DNA from: Chrysomallon squamiferum
Lineage: Eukaryota > Animalia > Mollusca
DNA length: 64,000 bases
NCBI GenBank assembly: GCA_012295275.1
Contig: CM022677.1
Location: 12,834,001-12,898,000 of the forward strand
Direction of reading: 5' to 3'
Positions 56,390-64,000 of this stretch are shown here, one piece after another. The stretch's first letter is position 1. Each line of letters begins with the position of its first letter. The translations under genes were made by a program, and so were the position numbers. The notes below the pieces were generated by a model. The model had not been told where the DNA came from. It was given only the letters and a program-made list of their open reading frames with translations, and did no database searches.

Positions 56390-56572
56390 AATATATATGG
56401 CTATGTGTAAACATATATATTAAATATGTATTTAATGTAGAAACGTGTAGGTCTATAAAAGAGTAAAGTGTATTATATGTAAAATACCAATATCTGCAAT
56501 ATACATGTGTCAACTGCGAGAAACAAATATTAAGTAATTACTTATATTCATTAATAATAATAATAATAATAA

Positions 56573-56603
<31 letters not shown>

Positions 56604-56736
56604 ATGATGACAACGATAGCAGCAACAACAACAACAGTAATACTATAATAACGTATATCTGCGTATATGGTATTATTTCTGAAATTACGTATTCAGGTGT
56701 AGCTAGGAAATATTATTATTATTTTTTTAATTACAG

Positions 56737-56879
56737 GTGTGATACTCACTGTGAAGAGGGCAAATATGGAAAAGATTGTAAAAACACGTGCATGTGTCAA
56801 CATGGTGGAAAATGCAGTTTCGTTGACGGCTCCTGCACGTGTCCAAGTGGCTACACGGGAGAAACCTGCTCGGACAGAG
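56737..56879 (+). CDS. EGF/laminin-EGF-like exon (MEGF10/SCARF-type repeat)
   Basis: ttacag|143 nt|gtacgt. Translates CDTHCEEGKYGKDCKNTCMCQHGGKCSFVDGSCTCPSGYTGETCSDR. The frame is open but too short for the ORF track. It may belong to a pseudogene. Confidence 0.8.
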
Positions 56880-57419
56880 GTACGTCCCCTCACCTTAAGA
56901 CACCCCCCACCTTAACCCGCTATTAATACCGTAACGTACTTTTCTAAAAATCATTAATTATAATGTGTAGATTGTAAATGTCTGCTGATAATCATAATAA
57001 TGATAATGATGAGAAAAATACTAATACTAATACTACTAGTACTAATAATAATAGTAATAATATAATGATAATGATGAGAAAAATAGTGCCAATAAGTATG
57101 ATAATAATAATGATAATGATAATAACATACTGATAATGACGATGAAGATAATAACAAAGATGATAGTGATGATGTGATAATGATAATAATCATAAATAAA
57201 TCTCTCTCTGTCTTGTTAAAGAAACAACATTTCAACTGTAGTCAGAGATAGGTGATTTCTAGAATATATGGCCTACTCTGCCGTTCCAACTAGTATTCTT
57301 CATTTAACGTATCTTTTCTTGGTTGTGTTAAGGTGTATTTTTGAAAACATCCCTTTCTCGTAACGTTCAGTTATAATTTAGTGGTATACGTCATTTTGTA
57401 TTTACCTCAGATACAACTG

Positions 57420-57483
<64 letters not shown>

Positions 57484-58230
57484 GACAAATATGATTAACA
57501 TCACACACACTGTATTCATTTCATTTAACTAGGGTGTAAATAAGTGCTTGAAGTTTTCACTTATTTCAACTTGACAAGGTATTTTACAAAATAAGTAAAC
57601 TAATGGGCAAAGTTCCTAAATTTAGGCCAGAAATTAACTCTTGTTTCTTAATAATGTAGACCAGATATGCCGCTTTCTGCATCTTCTGTGAATGATGGTG
57701 GATTTTTGACCTTATGTGTCTAACAAATTTTGTTTAGTTTATACCCAATGAACTCAAATCAAAGATTAAAGTACATCCCAGACCATTGTAACACTTCCTC
57801 AGTAAAACTTTAAAAATTCAGAAAACATTAAAAAACTAAACAAAATCTAACTAAATAATTAACTTAAAAGAAGAAAAAAATATCTTTTAATAAGAATTGT
57901 ATCACTGTTAATCATTTTCTTGCACAATATAAATTAATATAAACTTTCACAGATTGAACATTATACTGAAGAAAAAATATTATGATCCTTTAATGATTAT
58001 GTATCAGATTAAAATTCCATAATGATTTATGTGTAGGAAATTTAATAACTGAATGTAAAAAATTAAAATAGAAAAATATTTTATCTTTGCTGATTGTAAT
58101 TCGTTACAATATAATTTTTTACTGGAATAACTCTTGTATTAAAAGCACAAGTAATTGTAGCTAGAACAAAGAAAAACATTAAACATAAATAAAATGTATT
58201 ACTTCATTGAATTAAAAACAAATAACTTAC

Positions 58231-58530
58231 TGTTAACGTATAGATAATAAAAATCACTGGCATTTTTATTGTCGGTGCATGTCCAGTTACCTTCGTCTTC
58301 AATTCGGACACTGTTTATTGTCAGATTGAAAAGATTAGGAGTGTCACCAGCACATTTACAAATGTAATCATTAGAATCAAGGGACTGAACACAGTTTGGC
58401 TGGACTGAACATACATCATCTTCTCCCCTCATAAATGACATAGGTTTAGTGATGTTTTCTGATACAGAACACTGGAATGTGTAGCTCTCTTTGAAAACAG
58501 CTGGAATAGATTCTATTAATTTCATCAAAC
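58231..58530 (-). CDS. Intact 300-nt phase-1 Ig-domain exon
   Basis: ttttgcag|...|gtaagt. Translates YTFQCSV...FNLTINSVRIEDEGNWTC, the Ig E/F-strand motif LxIxxVxxxDxGxWxC. Confidence 0.8.
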
Positions 58531-59807
58531 CTGCAAAAATATATATAACAATTGTTTCAGTTTATTGTTGATTTTTCATTTTGTTGAATCAGTTATATTT
58601 AAACAAGTTTAGTTCAATATTAGAACAAATTTTTTTTAATACTAAGTTATTTTTAATTGAAAATATAAAATTAATTATATTTTTTCTCCTCTCATCTTAA
58701 ATATATTTGAATATATTCAGGTTTTTTGTTGGTTTTTTTGTTGGTTTTTTGTTTCTTTTTTGTTGTTGTTCTTTTATTCAGATCTATGAAAAACCTGATT
58801 TTATCATTTTTAAGCTGCGAACATTATTGACTATTTGTTTAATGGAAAATACACCACACACATTATTTTTGAAAAGTCCAAATAACCAAAATAATATTGA
58901 ATTACATCTAACATCAGTGTCCTGCTATGGAATAAATCATCTTTGAAATTCAGAAATGCTGATTATTTATATAAATACACCAACAAATAAAAAGGTATAA
59001 TGATCCTACTTTATTCGAGCATTACATAACAATGTCAGGCTTATCTAGAGATAAGGTTATATACTATCAACAGATTATGCTGAATTATCATTGAATAGAT
59101 ACCTTGCACAGACATCAATTAAGTTGTGTTCTTGCACACCATTTATAGATGGCTTGATATCATGTGACAGGTTGAAAGGAATGACTACATGTGACACACT
59201 ATTTAAGTGTCCACAAAACAGAAAAAAATGATAATCCAGAAAGTTTTTTTTTGTTTTGAATCAAGGATTTTGGTGAGTGACCAGTTTGTGAGATACTTCA
59301 TTATAAAAAACGAAATAAATAAAAATAGTCAAAATAAAATAATTCCTCCTTTTCTCAATCTTAATAATAAAATCCTTCTGCAAGTGATCTTTTCTTTAAA
59401 ACCTGTTTTCCATTTCATCCATGATGAAACAACTGATCAACTTCATTTTAAAAAAAATATATTGCTGGGAAGTTGGAAATATTTTTTTTTTTTAGATCAT
59501 TACATTACTAAATATAAAATGTCAAATAATTTTTGCAATGGATCTCTCCTTCAGAAAATGTCACACTCTAAACCAATGACAATAAAAAAGATGAAGAAAA
59601 CTATCGAATGTTAAAACCCACATTATTTTCAATAATCCTCTGAACAATGCTAAATGATGTATTACAGGTTTGATTTAAAATATCTATTTCATTAACATAA
59701 AATATACATAATGAGATGCCTCTAGACTATTTTGAGAAATTATAATATTGTTATATTGTTGTTTGAAGGCTGTGAAACTGTACCTTTTAAGTTAAATCAT
59801 CTTTGTT

Positions 59808-59853
<46 letters not shown>

Positions 59854-60424
59854 TTTTGTTTTGGCACCTTTTTTATTCCACACTCTCTTAATTTAATTTG
59901 TTGATAAACTGTTAATATTACTAAATTATAGCATTTCACACATCCTTTAAATATACTAAAAATATTTCCTGAAATCATTCTAATGAAAAAAACAAAAGTA
60001 GTTCATATCATGTTTAATATTTTGCTTAGTGTTCCTTTACAGGAAGGAAGGAGTTAATTTGTACATGTTGTGTTGAATGACACCCAGAGCTGCACAGCAT
60101 CTTGTCCTTGAAACACTGGCAACTATTAACTGTCAGGCCAGGTACAGAGGAGTCTCAGTTCCAGTGGTGATATGGTCAGCATCTTCATCTGGAACAGACT
60201 ATGGAATGGTTGCAAACAGATCTTCCTCTGACTACATGTGATGGAAATTTCAGGTAGAATGTTAAATGATGGCAGGGCAGTGAAAGCATCAGAATCCAAC
60301 TGAAGAGGAACACTTGAAACTGAACTAATTTGAGTCCATCAGTTCAATTAGTTGTATTATCTCCTAAGTCATTTTGGCGACTAGTGATAAGGGATTGGCT
60401 CCTGCTTCTCAGCTGCTTCCTTTT

Positions 60425-61167
60425 CATACTGCCTTTTGAACAATACCAATTTTTGGAAGATTGGCCCTGTATTTTCTGAGATATGAGGGTCAAAGGTTGG
60501 TGGTCACACCTATTTTGGCTGATTATCTCAAAATTCTGATTCGATTGGCCTAAAATTTCAGATTTGGCACAGAATACCCATAGGTTAATTTAACTTGAAA
60601 CAATAAATCAGCCAATAAATAGAAAGTCTGGTTTTGATAGACATTACTACAAATATTACCAAGATGATCTCCATGTAGGCAAAATATCCTTAAATTCCAT
60701 TTCCTACTTGTGAAGATGCCATAACTGCTACTGGAAAGGACTGTCACTGCTTAAAATGATTATATTATTAAAATACCTTAATGTATAAACTTGTTAACAT
60801 TCTTGCATGTTGTTTTTATTATTAATAACTTGTAGCCTGAATGATTTTTCTCCTCTGTTCAGACTTTTACCATATGTAATATATGATAAATTCAGAAATA
60901 TTTCATTGCCATGAATTCAGTTTGAAACAAATTGTTATAAATAAAACTACAATTAAATATTTTTAAAAAATACATAAAATAATAATAAATCTTTTGGGGC
61001 ATGTGGTTCATTTCTTCCTAACTATGGTTGGCAAATTGCTGATACTATAAAAAAAAAAAAAAAAAAGATTAGTGACAGATACTCTCAATACTGGTTTTCA
61101 CTGGTTTTAGTTAGTTTGTGCATAGGAAAAGGTACTTACGGGGTGATATGACATGGAATGACCCCTA
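60425..61167. mobile_element. Diverged fragments of the 42534-45384 TIR family (60425-60580 and terminus 61141-61167)
   Basis: aacaataccaattt...gaagattggccc...ctgagatatgagggt...ggttggtggtcacacc matches 45135-45215; gggtgatatgacatggaatgaccc matches the right terminus. Confidence 0.75.
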
Positions 61168-61488
61168 TTCATGTTGAGCAATTGGTCAAATTACAAGGCT
61201 GACAAATTTACATGGGTTTATGGAGCTCTGTATGGCCTTTCTAGATTAGCACAAGCAGTTTATTATAATACTGAATAAAGGCTCACAACAGGTAATTTAT
61301 TTAAATTGGGAACAGAGTATATTTTATGTATGAACGTGGAGTAGGGCAATCTTTACAAAGTATTCTATCCACTGTAGAAATTGCTGTAAATCCCATTTTG
61401 GTGTCTGATGGTATCATTATCTGAATTTTATGGTTTGATTACATCATAAGGAATAGCACAGTAAATTTTCTTTATTTTCCTTTTCCAG

Positions 61489-61765
61489 CTCCAGTTAATT
61501 CTGTGAACACGAACATTTCTGGATCAAGGCCAAACTCATTTAGCATCACTGAGGGAGACTCTGATGTTTTTACCTGTGTTGTACAGGGAGCCAAACCAGC
61601 ACCAAATGAGACACAGATCTTGTGGTACGTAGACAGTAACAAGCTTCCTGTCAGAATCACTGGGTCTCCCACTACTACTGACAGACTGACAACATTAAGT
61701 GTGACGTACACAGCCAGCAGAGCATATGATGGTCAGAAAGCTTTCTGGTGCTGCTGAAAGCAATT
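61489..61765 (+). pseudogene. Ig C2-type (nephrin-like) exon, frameshifted at the second Cys and truncated by a transposon fragment
   Basis: ttttccag|PVNSV...ITEGDSDVFTCVVQGAKPAP...ILWY...TTLSVTYTASRAYDGQKAF. Removing one G gives CAAESN instead of WCC*. Confidence 0.75.
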
Positions 61766-61792
61766 TCATGATTGACCTAATTATTGCCTGAA

Positions 61793-62172
61793 TTATTAGC
61801 CCAATCGGATCAGTGGTATGGGAGATATGGCCCACCGAAGTTTGAGATTTTTGGCAAAAATGGGCGTGACCACCAACCTTAGAACCCTCACATCTCAGGA
61901 ACTACTGGGCCAATCTTCATAAAATTGGTATTATTAAAAAGGCAATATGACAAGGATTCCAAATCTGCCATTTTTGTTCAGTTTGGAAAATACTGGAGTA
62001 AACTGACCTTTTTACCTTTGCTATGACCTTGAAATTGTGGATCACGTGACATTGAGATGACCTTTATTGAAATTTAATCTCCCACATGTTAACTAAAACA
62101 TATAAAAGTTTCCTGGGTGTAATATTTTTTGTTTAGCCACAATATAGATTTAAAATATGCACATACTGAAAA
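61793..62172. mobile_element. Internal TIR fragment of the 42534-45384 family
   Basis: Near-identical to 42648-43022 (ttagcccaatc..., gaccaccaaccttagaaccctc, gctatgaccttgaaattg, ctcccacatgttaactaaaacatataaaag). Confidence 0.9.
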
Positions 62173-63858
62173 TCAACAAGAGTGATGGGACCAACTTGGT
62201 AAATGAGCTCAATTTTTTTCAGACCTGTATGTTTGTATGTGTGTTCAGAATAACATGCTGAAGATGCCAAAATCTTCAAAACGACACACAGCAGTATGAC
62301 TAAAAATACACACTGTTGTTTCAGTTTTTGTCTTATTTGACAAATTCAACCTGTGTTGTGAAGAATTTATCAAGATGTTTCAATTGACATACTTGAATTT
62401 AACATTTGTAATAAAAAAATTGTTTTATAGAACAGCACCACTTTATTTACATAAGCAGCTTCAATTTTCACTCTGTTAAATAATTGGCTGTAATAAGATA
62501 CTGTGATGTGTATATATCATATATATATAAATTTTACTGAAAAGGTCTACAAGCATTTGATGTTTAACCATAATCCTTTGCAATACATATACTCAGCTAA
62601 TCCTTGGAGTCAACTCCAGAAAGGTGTTGCAGGTATTAATCAGGGACAATAAAATGTATGTAATCATGAAACTAGAGGCAATTAAAGACACAGGTGTTTT
62701 AAGTCTGTCATTTGAACCAAACATAAAATAATTTTCTTAGGTTTGTACTTGCTGTGATTTGACAAACAAAAGTTACCTATCATCTGACCATTGTTGAAAT
62801 TTTCTCTGATAGAGCTTACAAATAAGCAAAAATAATGTTTTAAAACTGATCAATTTATGATTTTACATTTTTTTAAAAGTGATTAGATTTTTATTCAGCA
62901 TTCCATCAATACCTCTGAATGCATTGTTCTATTATGTTGTATAGTTTGTTATGCTTACGATTCTTAATTCGACGTTTATCACAAGAATTTTGAATGCAAA
63001 ATAATCGACGGTTTTAAACTGAAGATAGTAATCGTCAAAACAATGTTAATTCGTTTATTTCAAAATGCGATTTTGCTATGCACGTGCTATAATAATACGC
63101 TAAAAGTAGGAACATTGAAGAAAAACAATCAGCCAACAAGTTATTAAAAATATAAACAACATATAAATATAATCATTTCAAACTGCGCCAGACCATTCTA
63201 GCTGTACATGAAATCTACGGCGATATCCTTCTGTAAAACACTGCTAGAAAGATTGAACTTTGACCCTCCTTGCTGTGCAAAAAATAACATTGAAGTCATT
63301 GTGGCGAAAACAAGCCAGGCGTTTGTAGAGAGCCCCTATTATAGGACTTTTTACTCCACGCTGTTAATTGCTGACCACGGGCGCCGAAGTGCGTTTACCC
63401 CCACCGCGCTTAACACTCTCGTACACAGAACTGATTTAACATACAACAAGAACAACACCATTTAAAAGTGCACATAAAGATCTTTAGTTACATGTATTTG
63501 TTTATAGAAGGGATTTGGGAGTGGAGGAAAATGGACAAAATTTTAACTTTTAATTTTTAAAGACCATTGAAAATAGTGTATTTTCTATATTAATTTTTTT
63601 TTATTACATCATTTATTCCCAAAAAGGAAATGAAACCGAATTTACAAAAAACACGATAAAGAAAAATTTTTTTTTTTTTTAAAAATGGAAAACTACTGGG
63701 TCTAAAAATGACATCTTCAGAGGCCTTCACTAACTTATGAATTTCATATGAGAACATTGAAGAAAAGCATACAACCTGCAAATTACTAAACATATGCAGT
63801 GAATTATAGCAAGTTTATACATTAATAATGTGTTTTAAATTTAATATAATGTAAAGTA

Positions 63859-63890
<32 letters not shown>

Positions 63891-64000
63891 CCTATTTTTA
63901 ACAATACCTGAAATAATTTCGAACTGGGTGAAGAATAATGTAAGAAACAGACACAATTTCCCAACATCCGACATGCCGCCACTCATTTAATCAATGTAAT

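Overview
AT-rich, microsatellite-rich animal DNA with spliceosomal GT-AG exons. The gene families suggest a lophotrochozoan, probably a mollusc (inference only). Almost every recognisable gene is a decayed duplicate. The window holds two intronless prolyl 4-hydroxylase alpha (P4HA) pseudogenes, a partial multi-exon MCC pseudogene, two IRAG/LRMP(MRVI1)-family pseudogene fragments, and scattered Ig-domain and EGF exons, most with stops or frameshifts. On the minus strand the order is IRAG - P4HA - MCC - IRAG - P4HA, which looks like an eroded tandem segmental duplication. The only large near-intact coding exon (466-1836/1937, +) encodes an uncharacterised protein. Other elements are a ~4.7 kb array of a 67-bp satellite with higher-order structure, a 1.6 kb nested palindrome, a young 2.85 kb DNA transposon with ~620-bp TIRs and a TATA target duplication, and hAT, MULE, pogo, LTR and LINE remnants. 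All homology calls come from reading translations by eye; no searches were run.
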